Positions 27,644-37,476 of a stretch of DNA of 64,000 bases are shown one piece after another. Every line of letters starts with the position of its first letter. Within the stretch, counting starts at the first letter, position 1. The notes beneath the pieces were generated by a model that was given only the letters and a program-made list of their open reading frames with translations, ran no database searches and was not told the origin of the DNA. The translations under genes were made by a program, and so were the position numbers. Origin of the DNA: Alphaproteobacteria bacterium (GTDB lineage: Bacteria > Pseudomonadota > Alphaproteobacteria > UBA828); the NCBI GenBank assembly GCA_965214705.1, contig CBDCCI010000002.1, positions 2,112,001 through 2,176,000 on the forward strand, given 5' to 3'.

Positions 27644-27691
27644 CCTTCCCACCGATTGCCCGGAACATAGAGATTGACCGGCCCCTGACGC

Positions 27692-28612
27692 ATGGCCGTC
27701 ACCACGTATCACGCCGAGCACGGTACGCTGCTGGAGCGCTTCTTCGAGCGCAACCGCGGGCCGCTCCTGGTCTCGCCGGCGCTCGCCGTGCTTTTCATCA
27801 TGAACATCTTTCCGCTGCTCTGGTCGTTCGGCCTGAGCTTCTATCGGTATCGGGCGAACCGTATCAAAGAGCCGGAATTCGTCTGGTTTAAGAATTACCA
27901 GAAGGTGCTGACCGACCCGGTGGTCTGGGAGCGCTTCCAGACCACGGCCATCGTGGTGACGGTCGACGTGTTGCTGCAGCTCGTGGTGGGCTTCCTGCTG
28001 GCGCTGCTCTTCGAGAAGACCTTCCCCGGACGCCGCGTGCTGCTCATGCTGGTGTTGACGCCGATGATGCTGAGCTTCGTCGCGGTCGGCGCCTTCTTCC
28101 GCTACTACTACGAGCCGACCTTCGGTCTCCTGAGCCAGGGGATCAAGGCGATCACGGGCGAACCCTTCATATTGCTGGGCTCCGAGGTCGGCGCGCTCGC
28201 CGGCATCATCTTCGCCGACGTCTGGATGTGGTCGCCCTTCGTGATGCTGCTGGTGCTGGCCGGCCTCGTCAGCGTGCCCAAGCACCTCTACGAGGCTGCC
28301 GAGATCGACCGGGCCTCGTGGTGGCGGCGGTTCTGGACGATCACCTTCCCCTACATCCGGGGCCTGCTGCTGCTGGCGATCCTGTTTCGCACCATCGAGG
28401 CGTTCAAGCTGTTCGACATCGTGTTCCTGATCACCGAGGGCGGGCCCGGCACCTCGACGGAGACCATCGCCGTCTACGTCTACCGGGTGGCCTTCCAGTA
28501 TTTCAAGACCAGCCAGTCGGCGGCGCTCGGCTATATTCTGCTCTTCGTGGTGATCGTGCTGACCAACCTCTATCTCTTCTTCGTCAGACGACGGGACGTG
28601 GAGGATCAATAG
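27692..28612 (+). CDS. Carbohydrate ABC permease
   Basis: TM helices and EAA loop LYEAAEIDRAS. Confidence 0.92.
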   Translation: MAVTTYHAEHGTLLERFFERNRGPLLVSPALAVLFIMNIFPLLWSFGLSFYRYRANRIKEPEFVWFKNYQKVLTDPVVWERFQTTAIVVTVDVLLQLVVGFLLALLFEKTFPGRRVLLMLVLTPMMLSFVAVGAFFRYYYEPTFGLLSQGIKAITGEPFILLGSEVGALAGIIFADVWMWSPFVMLLVLAGLVSVPKHLYEAAEIDRASWWRRFWTITFPYIRGLLLLAILFRTIEAFKLFDIVFLITEGGPGTSTETIAVYVYRVAFQYFKTSQSAALGYILLFVVIVLTNLYLFFVRRRDVEDQ

Positions 28613-28615
28613 GTC

Positions 28616-29485
28616 ATGGCGCGCAGACGGCGTGAAATCGGCAAAGCAGGCTGGGGGCGGACCGCGTTCTCGACGGTCATAAGCTTCATCTATTTCTTCC
28701 CGGTGCTGTGGATCATCCTGACCGCGTTCAAGAGCCACACCGACGCGCTCTCCACCCCGCCCAAGTTCATCTTCACGCCGACGCTTGACAACTTCGTCAG
28801 CGTCTTCGCCCGCGCCTACGAGCGCGGCGGCGCGGCGGTGGACACCCACTTCGATCTCTTCTTCTTCAACTCCATCTTCATCGCCGGCGCCTCGGTCGGG
28901 GTCGCGCTCATCATCGGCACAATCGCGGCCTACGGCTTCTCGCGCTGGCCGCTCCGGGGCAACGAGACCTACCTCTTCATCATCCTCACGACGCGGATGC
29001 TGCCGCCGATCATCGTCATCATTCCGATCTTCATCATGTTCCGTCTGAGCGGGCTCTCGGGCAGCTACATCGGCATCATCCTGCTCTACGCCGCCTTCAA
29101 CCTGCCCTTCACCATCTGGATGATGAAGAGCTTCTTCGACGAGATTCCGCGCGAGGTGGAAGACGCGGCGCGCATGGACGGCAGCTCGGAGATGAAGATC
29201 TTCTTCCGCATCTGCCTGCCGCAGGTGAAGGCCGGCATCGCGGCGACCGCCGTCTTCGGCCTGATCCTCACCTGGAACGAGTTTCTCTTCGCCCTGCTGC
29301 TCACCGGCCGCGACACGCGAACGGTGCCGGTCGCCATGGCGCAGACCATCGGCGGCGATATCGGCGTGCGCTGGGGGCTGCTGGCGGCGATCGAAACGCT
29401 GTTCCTGATCCCCGTGGTGTTCGTGACGTTCCTGCTGCAGAACCAGCTGCTGCGCGGCGTCACCTTCGGCACCATCAGGCGGTAG
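28616..29485 (+). CDS. Carbohydrate ABC permease
   Basis: TM helices, EVEDAARMDG, TWNEFLFA. Confidence 0.92.
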   Translation: MARRRREIGKAGWGRTAFSTVISFIYFFPVLWIILTAFKSHTDALSTPPKFIFTPTLDNFVSVFARAYERGGAAVDTHFDLFFFNSIFIAGASVGVALIIGTIAAYGFSRWPLRGNETYLFIILTTRMLPPIIVIIPIFIMFRLSGLSGSYIGIILLYAAFNLPFTIWMMKSFFDEIPREVEDAARMDGSSEMKIFFRICLPQVKAGIAATAVFGLILTWNEFLFALLLTGRDTRTVPVAMAQTIGGDIGVRWGLLAAIETLFLIPVVFVTFLLQNQLLRGVTFGTIRR

Positions 29486-29492
29486 CGGGTCC

Positions 29493-30593
29493 ATGGCCGA
29501 TATCGAGCTGCGCAACCTAAGCAAGCATTTCGGCACGCTCGCCGCAGTCGACGACATCGACCTCGACGTGGAGGCCGGCGAGGTGGTGTGCCTGCTCGGG
29601 CCCTCCGGGTGCGGCAAGACCACGACGCTCCGCATGATCGCGGGGCTCGAGGACGCGACGGCGGGCGACATCTTCATCGCAGGTGCGCGGGTGAACGAGC
29701 TCGCGCCGCGCGATCGCGACATCGCCATGGTGTTCCAGTTCTACGCGCTCTATCCGAGCTTGACGGTGTCGGAGAACCTGGCCTTCCCCCTCCATGCCGA
29801 GCGCATCACCAAGGAGGAGATCGAGCGTCGGGTGAGGGAGATCGCAGGCCTGCTCGACCTCTCCCACGCGCTCGGCCGCGTCCCCGGCCGGCTCGCGGAG
29901 GGCGAGAAGCAGCGCGTCGCGGTCGGCCGGGCGGTCATCCGGGACCCGCAATGCTTCCTCTTCGACGAGCCTTTGAGCCGCCTCGACATCGCCGTGCGCC
30001 AGGAGATGCGCGGGCAGATCAAGCAGCTCCTCAACGGCCTGCACAAGGCGACCGTGATCGTGACCCACGACCAGATCGAGGCGCTCACCATCGCCGACCG
30101 GATCGCGGTGATGCGCGATGGCATCATCGAGCAGGTGGCGAGCCCGCACGACATCTTCGCCAAGCCCGCCAACGTCTTCGTCGCGGGCTTCATCGGCACG
30201 CCGCAGATGAACTTGGTCGAGGCCAACGTCATCGACGCGGACGAGGACACGGCGACCGTCAACATGCTGGGGCAAGAGGTGGCCCTGCCGCTGCATGCGG
30301 AGATCTCCCTGCAGGGCACCGTTGAGCGGCGCAATGCTCCGGTCACCGTAGGCGTGCGCCCGCGCGGACTGGCACCCGCATCCGAGGCCGGACCCACCAC
30401 GATCTCAGGCCAGATCGACCTGATCGAGCCGATGGGGGCGGAGACCCTGATCCATCTCCGCATCGGCGAGGACGACCTGCGCGTGGTGACGAGCCGTGGG
30501 CACCCGGCCGCGGTCGGCGAGACCATGCACGTGGCGCCGACGCCAGGGCAGGTCCATCTGTTCGACCACGACGGCGTGAGGATCGCCTCATGA
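29493..30593 (+). CDS. CUT1 ABC transporter ATP-binding protein
   Basis: GPSGCGKTT and VTHDQ; degenerate signature LAEGEKQR. Confidence 0.92.
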   Translation: MADIELRNLSKHFGTLAAVDDIDLDVEAGEVVCLLGPSGCGKTTTLRMIAGLEDATAGDIFIAGARVNELAPRDRDIAMVFQFYALYPSLTVSENLAFPLHAERITKEEIERRVREIAGLLDLSHALGRVPGRLAEGEKQRVAVGRAVIRDPQCFLFDEPLSRLDIAVRQEMRGQIKQLLNGLHKATVIVTHDQIEALTIADRIAVMRDGIIEQVASPHDIFAKPANVFVAGFIGTPQMNLVEANVIDADEDTATVNMLGQEVALPLHAEISLQGTVERRNAPVTVGVRPRGLAPASEAGPTTISGQIDLIEPMGAETLIHLRIGEDDLRVVTSRGHPAAVGETMHVAPTPGQVHLFDHDGVRIAS

Positions 30594-30919
30594 GCGAGGC
30601 GCAGGTGGAGCCCCAGGAGGCACCGGCGCAGGAGAAGCCGGCACGGCGCAACATGTCCCGCCGCACGGCGCGGCTGATCGTGATCGCGATCATCGCGCTC
30701 TGCCTGCTCGCGCTCGTCTTCATCTTCCAGCCCGTCTACCGGCCGCTTTTCTCAGCCGGCTGCATCATGGTGGTGGCCGGAGGGCTCCTCTTCAATCTCA
30801 TCCCGTTTGCCAATACGCAGAACCCGGTGAGGCGGGTGGTGCGGGTCACCGCCATCGTCGGCGCCATCCTGCTCACCGCCGTGCTGGTCGCCCTCGGCTT
30901 CGTCGAGATCTTGCTCTAA
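30590..30919 (+). CDS. Small membrane protein (3 TM)
   Basis: ATGA overlap with the ATPase gene; hydrophobic segments. Confidence 0.7.
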   Translation: MSEAQVEPQEAPAQEKPARRNMSRRTARLIVIAIIALCLLALVFIFQPVYRPLFSAGCIMVVAGGLLFNLIPFANTQNPVRRVVRVTAIVGAILLTAVLVALGFVEILL

Positions 30920-30944
30920 AACCGGCACGCCGGAACTGCGCACG

Positions 30945-31409
30945 ATGACGAGAGACGACTACGTGGACCTGGTGGAGCGGCGCTACTTCGGCAGCGTCGC
31001 GCGAGCCGACATCCCGGCGGTGGTTGCCTGCTTCACCGACGACGCTTCGGTCACGATCTATCACGGCGATGCCGCGCCGCGCCTCTTCAAGGCCAAGCCC
31101 AGCGCCGGGGAAACGCCGCTGCCGCGCTTCTTCGAGCATCTGCTCGCCAACTACGAGCCCCAGTTCACCGAGTTCGTCCATTACGTGGACGTGGCCAACG
31201 AGCGCTGCGCCGCGATGTTTCTCGTGACGCTGACGCCAAAGCCCGGCTCGCCCTACCGCGACGCCGGTGTGCAACGCCTGCGCAACTGCAACTTCTTCCG
31301 CTGCCGGGACGGTCTCATCCACGAGATGACCATCTACTACAGCAATCCCGGCACCGCAGGCGGCACGGACGCCCACGGCTCCCGCCCCACCGGCTTTCCC
31401 CAGGCCTGA
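30945..31409 (+). CDS. SnoaL-like / NTF2 family protein
   Basis: RYF...DIPAVVACFTDDA...DGLIHEMTIY pattern. Confidence 0.8.
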   Translation: MTRDDYVDLVERRYFGSVARADIPAVVACFTDDASVTIYHGDAAPRLFKAKPSAGETPLPRFFEHLLANYEPQFTEFVHYVDVANERCAAMFLVTLTPKPGSPYRDAGVQRLRNCNFFRCRDGLIHEMTIYYSNPGTAGGTDAHGSRPTGFPQA

Positions 31410-31417
31410 CGCCGGGC

Positions 31418-32302
31418 CTAGCCCTCGCCGCTCCAGCCCTGCGGCGGGCGCGCGAACCAGACGTGGACCTGCCCGGTGCCCGCCGCGTTTTCGTAGTCGC
31501 TGACAAGCGTCCCGGGTGCGGTGCATGCGCGTCCACCCAGCGCGGCGATCATCATCAGGTAGTGGCCGAACAGGCCTTCCGGCTTGTGGGGGCGGAAGGC
31601 GTCCATGGAGTCGATGACCGCCGCGTGGTCGCCTTGCGCCCACCAGGCCAGACGCTCGAGGTCCGCGGCGCGCGCTTCGGGCGTGCGGATGTGGATCGGG
31701 TCCGAGGCTTCGTGCCGGTCGATTTCCGAGAGCGGCCAGAAGCGGTGGCTCATGCCCCCGCTCGCGAGCAGCACCACGCGCTCTTCCGACGCGATGATCG
31801 CCCGTCCGAGCGCGGCCCCCACCGCGAGAAAATCCTCGTCGCGCGCGGTCTGGCAGATGCTGACGGAGACCCACCGCTCGCCCCGGTTCAGGTAGTGGGC
31901 GAGGTTGACGGTGGGATAGTGGATCGGCAGGTGCGCGTCGTCGTTGGCAATGCAGGGTATGCCGGCGTGCTCGCGCACCACCGCCGCGATGCCCGCGGCC
32001 AGTGCCGGGCTGCCGGCAAGGTCGAAGGGCAAGCCGTGAATGCCGCGGGGGAGCTCGCCCGAGGTGTAGCGGCCCTGCCGGCGCTCATGGGCGCTCACGA
32101 TGAACTCCACGGTGGTGAACCAGTGGGTGTCGAACACCACGAAGGTGTCGGGCCTGAGCGCGTCCAGGACTTCGCTGCGCAGCCGCTGGAGCCCGGTCAC
32201 GAGGCTCAGCTCGCGCCCCTCGTTCAGCGCGAGCCGGACCTCCTTCGGCAGCATGATCGTAGGCACATGCGACAGGAAGCCGGCGCCCGCGATGTCTCCC
32301 AC
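31418..32302 (-). CDS. Extradiol ring-cleavage dioxygenase, LigB/HpaD-like
   Basis: SHVPT, FDTHW, ASGGMSH and GTGQ motifs; GTG start with GAGGAG RBS. Confidence 0.85.
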   Translation of the reverse strand: MGDIAGAGFLSHVPTIMLPKEVRLALNEGRELSLVTGLQRLRSEVLDALRPDTFVVFDTHWFTTVEFIVSAHERRQGRYTSGELPRGIHGLPFDLAGSPALAAGIAAVVREHAGIPCIANDDAHLPIHYPTVNLAHYLNRGERWVSVSICQTARDEDFLAVGAALGRAIIASEERVVLLASGGMSHRFWPLSEIDRHEASDPIHIRTPEARAADLERLAWWAQGDHAAVIDSMDAFRPHKPEGLFGHYLMMIAALGGRACTAPGTLVSDYENAAGTGQVHVWFARPPQGWSGEG

Positions 32303-32388
32303 GTCTCCTCCTTTGTCGCCTCGCCCGCGCCCCGTAGCCGACCCGCCGGCTCGGGCTGGCACGCACAGCGAACGACTTCGGTGGACAG

Positions 32389-32408
32389 ATCGTTCGTATC
32401 CGAACTAT
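32389..32408. promoter_or_regulatory. Palindromic operator 1 (probable MarR site)
   Basis: ATCGTTCG-TATC-CGAACTAT in the spacer of TGGACA...TATCAT, between divergent genes. Confidence 0.6.
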
Positions 32409-32409
32409 C

Positions 32410-33705
32410 ATGATGCCAACCGGTTCGCAACAAAACGAGACCGCCATGTCCGCGCTTCTTTCTCCCGAGCCGGAGGGGATCGCCGACCTCTCCTCCCACG
32501 ACTCCTTCGTCGATTGCGTGCCTCACAAGACCTTCGAGGCGCTGCGGCGCGATGACCCGGTTGCCTGGTTCGACGAGCGCGATGCCTCCGGCTTCTGGGC
32601 CATCACCCGCCACGAAGACATCGCGGAGATCAGCAAGAACTTCCGGCAGTTCACGACCCGGCACGGCATCCGGCTCGAAGAGATGACGGAAGAGGAGCGG
32701 ATCGCGCGCCTGACCATGATGGAGCAGGACCCGCCCGAACACACCCGCCTGCGCCGCCTGGTCAACCGCACCTTCTCGCGCCGCTTCATCGAGACCTACC
32801 GGGACCGGGTCCGCGCCATCGTCTCCCGCGTGCTCGACGACGCCCTGAAGCAGGACGAGTTCGATTGCGTCGACGCCATCGCGAAGCCCCTGCCCATGCT
32901 CATGCTGGCGGGCGTGCTCGGAGTGTCGGAAGAGGACGGCGCCTGGCTCGCCGACAAGGGCGACGAAATGATGGCGAACAGCGACCCGGACTTCACCGAC
33001 CACGTGGTCGACCAAACCGACACCGATGCCTTCCGCCTCATGCCCTTCCGCTCGCCGGCCGGCGCGGAGGTCTTCGAGTACGCGGAGCGCCAGGCCGCGC
33101 TCCGGCGCGGGAAGCCGCGCGGCGACGTGATCAGCCTTCTGCTCGAGCCTGATCGGGACGGCGAGCCGCTCACCGATCACGAGTTCAAGAATTTCTTCAC
33201 GCTCCTGGTGGTGGCGGGCAACGACACCACGCGCTACGCGGTCGCCTCCTCCGTCGACCTGCTCGCCCGCGAGCACCGGCTCTTCGAGCAGCTTCAGGGC
33301 GCCGACGACGCGCTTTGGAACACGGCGGTGGAAGAGCTGCTGCGCATCTCGTCGCCGACCATGCACTTTCGCCGGACCGCCGTGGAGGACTGTGAGATGC
33401 ACGGGCGCACCATCGCGGCGGGCGACAAGGTGATCCTGTGGTTCATCTCCGGCAACTTCGACGAGCGGGTCTTCGACGATCCCTACAACGCCGATTTCGC
33501 GCGCGATCCGAACCCGCAGATGGCCTTCGGGCGGGGCGGGCCACACCTCTGCCTGGGCCTCTGGCTGGCGCGGCTGGAGCTGCGCATCGTGCTGGAGGAG
33601 CTGACGCGGCGGGTGCGCACGCTCCGGCCGGCCGGTGACGCGCTCCGGCTTCGCTCCAACTTCATCAACGGCATCAAGTACCTGCCCGTGTCGGTGACCT
33701 GCTGA
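32410..33705 (+). CDS. Cytochrome P450
   Basis: DPPEHTRLR, VAGNDTT, EELLR and heme ligand FGRGGPHLCLG. Confidence 0.95.
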   Translation: MMPTGSQQNETAMSALLSPEPEGIADLSSHDSFVDCVPHKTFEALRRDDPVAWFDERDASGFWAITRHEDIAEISKNFRQFTTRHGIRLEEMTEEERIARLTMMEQDPPEHTRLRRLVNRTFSRRFIETYRDRVRAIVSRVLDDALKQDEFDCVDAIAKPLPMLMLAGVLGVSEEDGAWLADKGDEMMANSDPDFTDHVVDQTDTDAFRLMPFRSPAGAEVFEYAERQAALRRGKPRGDVISLLLEPDRDGEPLTDHEFKNFFTLLVVAGNDTTRYAVASSVDLLAREHRLFEQLQGADDALWNTAVEELLRISSPTMHFRRTAVEDCEMHGRTIAAGDKVILWFISGNFDERVFDDPYNADFARDPNPQMAFGRGGPHLCLGLWLARLELRIVLEELTRRVRTLRPAGDALRLRSNFINGIKYLPVSVTC

Positions 33706-33735
33706 CCGGCGCGGCCGAGTGATAGGGCGCCTGGC

Positions 33736-35022
33736 ATGAGCGACTACGAACGCATTCGGGTCCTGTTCTGCGACCACCTGAACCTCGCGCGCGGCAAGTA
33801 CGTCCCGCGCGCAATCGCCGAGTCCGGCACGCTCCGGCAGTGCGTCGGGGTCTACGCCGTGGACTACGAGCGTGCCTTGATCCCCGCCCCCGGATCGGGT
33901 GTGCCCGAAGGCCTGCCGGACATGGAGGCGGTGTTCGACCTCGACGGAGTCCGGCCCGGCTGGGAGCCTGGCACCGGCGTGGTGGTGGCGAACCTGGAGA
34001 AGGAGGGTCAGCCGCTCGGGCTTTGCTCACGGGGCGCGCTCGCCCGCGCGATTGCGGCGTGGCAGAAGGCCGGCCTCGCGCCTTTCCTCGGCATCGAGCT
34101 CGAGGCCTTCGTCTTCGAGCGCGATTCCGCCGGCAACTGGGTGCCCTACGACACCCCCGGCGCCTACGTCTACGGTACCGGCACAGCGGTCGACCCCGCC
34201 GGCCTGGTCGACGACATCTGGTTGCAGGCAGGGGCCTGCGGCTTCCCCGTGGAGGCGATCAACTCTGAATTCGACTGGCCGCAGTTCGAGTTCACGCTGC
34301 GCTACCGGGACGCGCTCGGCGCCATCGACGATATCTTCCTCTTCCGGCTGATGGCGCGCGAGGTCGCGGCGAAGCGGGGCTATCTGCTCAGCTTCATGCC
34401 GAAGCCGCTCTCGGATCGCGGCGGCAGCGGGGTCCACCTCAACCTCAGCTTCGGCGACAAGGACGGCAACAACGCCTGCGCTGATCCCGCGCAGGAGGAC
34501 GGCCTCTCCGAACTCGCCCGGCAATGCATCGCGGGGCTCATGCACCACCACCGCTCCATGGCTGGGCTGATCGCGCCCACCGTCAACTCCTACCGCCGCC
34601 TCCGACCGGCGAGCCTCGCCGGCTACTGGGCGAACTGGGGCTACGACCACCGCGGCGTCGCGGTGCGGGTGCCGGGCGAGCGCGGCCCGGCGACGCGCAT
34701 CGAACATCGCGTCGCCGACGGCGCCGCCAATCCCTACGTCGCCGCCGCAGCCATGCTGCAGGCGGCCCGGCTCGGGGTGGAGAAGGGCTATCCGCTGCCG
34801 CCGGCGGAGACCGGCGACGGGCTGGAGAGCGTCGATACCGACGTCACCGTGCCCGAGAACCTGGGCACGGCGCTCGACGCGCTGGAGCAGGACGACGCGC
34901 TGGTCTCCGCCATCGGCGCGCTGCTGGTCGCGAACCACGTGGGGATCAAGCGCAAGGAGTGGGACGACTACCTCGGCAGCACGACGGACTGGGAGATGTC
35001 GCGCTACCTCAACTTCCTCTAG
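33736..35022 (+). CDS. Glutamine synthetase-like gamma-glutamyl ligase (PuuA/PauA-like)
   Basis: GIELE, E...QFE, FMPKP, GSGVH, NSYRR and RIEHR..DGAANPY motifs. Confidence 0.9.
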   Translation: MSDYERIRVLFCDHLNLARGKYVPRAIAESGTLRQCVGVYAVDYERALIPAPGSGVPEGLPDMEAVFDLDGVRPGWEPGTGVVVANLEKEGQPLGLCSRGALARAIAAWQKAGLAPFLGIELEAFVFERDSAGNWVPYDTPGAYVYGTGTAVDPAGLVDDIWLQAGACGFPVEAINSEFDWPQFEFTLRYRDALGAIDDIFLFRLMAREVAAKRGYLLSFMPKPLSDRGGSGVHLNLSFGDKDGNNACADPAQEDGLSELARQCIAGLMHHHRSMAGLIAPTVNSYRRLRPASLAGYWANWGYDHRGVAVRVPGERGPATRIEHRVADGAANPYVAAAAMLQAARLGVEKGYPLPPAETGDGLESVDTDVTVPENLGTALDALEQDDALVSAIGALLVANHVGIKRKEWDDYLGSTTDWEMSRYLNFL

Positions 35023-35062
35023 CCCCGCGCCTCCACCAGCCCGGCAGAGAGCGGAAGAGCCG

Positions 35063-36526
35063 ATGACTGCGCCCCGGATCGACATCGACGGCGTCTCCGT
35101 CTCACCCGATCATTACGTCGCAGGGCGCCGCGTGCCCTCGGAACGCCGCTTCGAGGATCGTTCGCCGCTCGACTGGACCCGGAAGCTCGGCGACTTCGCA
35201 GCGGGCGATGCCGCGACCGCCGAGCAGGCGGTCGGCGCGGCTGCGGACGCCTTCCCGGACTGGTCGGCGAAGAGCCCGGCCGAGCGCGCCATCTACATGC
35301 ACCGTCTGGCCGAGCTCATCGACGCGAACGTCGCCACCCTGGCCCGGCTCGAATGCCTCGACATGGCGATGCTCCAGGAGAGCCTGGAACTGCGGGTGAT
35401 CCCCCGAGGGGCGCGGAACTTCCGCGCCTACGCCGACCTCGCCTGCGACTACGAGCCGCGGGCCTGGTCCTCCAACGGCACCGCCAACCGCATCCTGCGC
35501 ATGCCCGCCGGCCCCGCGGTGATCATCACGCCCTGGAACGCGCCCTTCATGCTCGCAACCTGGAAGTGCGCGCCGGCGCTCGCCGCTGGCAACACCGTGG
35601 TGCTCAAGCCGGCGGAGTGGTCGCCGATCACGGCCTCCCTGCTCGCCGATCTCGTGGACGAGGCGGGCTTTCCGCCCGGCGTCTTCAACGTCGTCCAGGG
35701 AATCGGCGAGGAGGTCGGCGCGGCGCTGGTGGCGGACCCGCGGGTGCGGCGCATCTCGTTCACCGGCTCGCCCGAGGCGGCCCGGCAGATCGGCGCCGCC
35801 GCCGCCCGCAACATCGTGCCCTTCACGGCGGAGCTCGGCGGCAAGAGCCCCTTCATCGTGTTCGCCGACGCCGACCTCGATGCCGCCGCCCGCAAGGCCG
35901 CCGGCCAGTACGACGACGCGGGGCAGGTTTGCCTGGCCGGCACCCGCCTGTTGGTGGAGGAGGCGGTCCGCGAGGAGTTCCTTGAACGGATGCTGGCCCA
36001 CACCGACGAGCACGTGGCGGGTGACAGCCGGGAGTCGGGCACCACCCTCTCTCCGCTCATCCATCCCGAGCACCTCGAGCGGGTCCATGGTTTCGTCGAG
36101 CGGACGCGGGCGGCAGGAGACCGGGTGCTGAGAGGCGGGCACGTCACCAAGGAGGGCGGGCTCTGGTACGAGCCGACCCTGATCGAGCCCCGCAGCAACG
36201 AGGCCGAGATCGTGCAGCACGAGGTGTTCGGCCCGGTGCTGACCCTGCAAACCTTCGCGGACGAGGACGAGGCGGTGGCGCTCGCCAACGGCACGCGCTA
36301 TGGGCTGGCCGGGATCGTCTACACCGGCGACGCGGCGCGGGCCGAGCGCATCGGCCAGCGGGTACGCGCGGGCACGGTGTGGGTCAACTGCTTCCTCGTC
36401 CGCGACCTGAGCGCACCCTTCGGCGGCTGCGGTATCAGCGGCATCGGCCGGGAGGGCGGCGACTACGCCCTCGACTTCCACAGCGACCTGAAGACCCTGC
36501 AGATCCTGGAGGGCTCCACCGCCTGA
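35063..36526 (+). CDS. Aldehyde dehydrogenase (HpaE / 2-hydroxymuconate semialdehyde dehydrogenase-like)
   Basis: PWNAP, FTGS, ELGGKSP, GQVC and EVFGPV motifs. Confidence 0.92.
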   Translation: MTAPRIDIDGVSVSPDHYVAGRRVPSERRFEDRSPLDWTRKLGDFAAGDAATAEQAVGAAADAFPDWSAKSPAERAIYMHRLAELIDANVATLARLECLDMAMLQESLELRVIPRGARNFRAYADLACDYEPRAWSSNGTANRILRMPAGPAVIITPWNAPFMLATWKCAPALAAGNTVVLKPAEWSPITASLLADLVDEAGFPPGVFNVVQGIGEEVGAALVADPRVRRISFTGSPEAARQIGAAAARNIVPFTAELGGKSPFIVFADADLDAAARKAAGQYDDAGQVCLAGTRLLVEEAVREEFLERMLAHTDEHVAGDSRESGTTLSPLIHPEHLERVHGFVERTRAAGDRVLRGGHVTKEGGLWYEPTLIEPRSNEAEIVQHEVFGPVLTLQTFADEDEAVALANGTRYGLAGIVYTGDAARAERIGQRVRAGTVWVNCFLVRDLSAPFGGCGISGIGREGGDYALDFHSDLKTLQILEGSTA

Positions 36527-36533
36527 CGCGGCG

Positions 36534-37382
36534 CTACGACTTGCGCGGTGCGCGAATGCCGCGGAACTCCCAGTCGCCGCCGAGCGCGGTGGACATCACC
36601 TCCTCCGAGCTCGCGGGCTGGGCGCCGACATCGTTGCGGATGGGCACCGGGCCCTGGACGATTTCGTTCTCCAGCGCCCCCAGCCCGTCCACCTCCACCC
36701 GCACCACGTCGCCCGGCTCCACCGGCCGGCTGTTGGCGGGCGTGCCGGAGAGCAGCAGGTCGCCGGGCTCAAGGGTGATGTTGCGGGCGATGTCGGCGAC
36801 GAGATAGTGCATGTCCCACGCCATTTCGTCCGTGTTCCCGTCCTGGGCGAGGGCGCCGTTGACGTAGGTCCGGACGGCCTTGCCGCGAAAGTCCCAGCCG
36901 CTCACCAGCGCAGGGCCGACCGGGCACAAGGTATCCGATCCCTTCACCCGCAGCATGGAGCCCGCGTCGGTGTCGCGGAAGTCGTGCAGTCCGTAGTCGT
37001 TCGCGATGGTGTAGCCCGCGATGTAGTCGCCGGCCTCCTCGCGCGCGATGTTCCGGCAATGCCGGCCGATGACGATCGCGATTTCGCCCTCGTAATTCAG
37101 CCACCGGCAGCGCTCGGGCCGCACCACCTGGGCACGGTGCCCGCAGAGCGCGCTCACTGGCTTGTGGAAGTAGGTCGGCGTCGCCGGCAGCGTCACCATG
37201 AACTCGTCCACCCGGCTCTTGTAGTTGAGGTGCACGCAGATGATCTTGCGCGGCTCCGTCGGCGGCAGGTGGATCGCATCCTCCACCGCGACCGAGCGCC
37301 CGTCCTTCGCGTGCAACCGCTCGCCCTCTCTGGTCGCGACGACGGGATAACCGTCCAGCAAAATGCGCCGGTGCTCCCTCAT
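36534..37382 (-). CDS. Fumarylacetoacetate hydrolase family protein (HpaG-like)
   Basis: NYEGE, GYTIAND and LEPGDLLLSGTPA motifs; start MREHRRILLDG. Confidence 0.9.
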   Translation of the reverse strand: MREHRRILLDGYPVVATREGERLHAKDGRSVAVEDAIHLPPTEPRKIICVHLNYKSRVDEFMVTLPATPTYFHKPVSALCGHRAQVVRPERCRWLNYEGEIAIVIGRHCRNIAREEAGDYIAGYTIANDYGLHDFRDTDAGSMLRVKGSDTLCPVGPALVSGWDFRGKAVRTYVNGALAQDGNTDEMAWDMHYLVADIARNITLEPGDLLLSGTPANSRPVEPGDVVRVEVDGLGALENEIVQGPVPIRNDVGAQPASSEEVMSTALGGDWEFRGIRAPRKS

Positions 37383-37401
37383 GGCTGGTCCTCGGCTTGA
37401 A

Positions 37402-37421
37402 ATCGTTCGGTCCCTGACGAT
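37402..37421. promoter_or_regulatory. Palindromic operator 2 (probable MarR site)
   Basis: ATCGTTCG-GTCC-CTGACGAT in the spacer of TTGAAA...TAGGAT, between divergent genes. Confidence 0.6.
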
Positions 37422-37476
37422 AGGATCGCGGCTCACGAAAGACAAGGAATCGTCGAGATTCCGGGAGTGATTCGTC

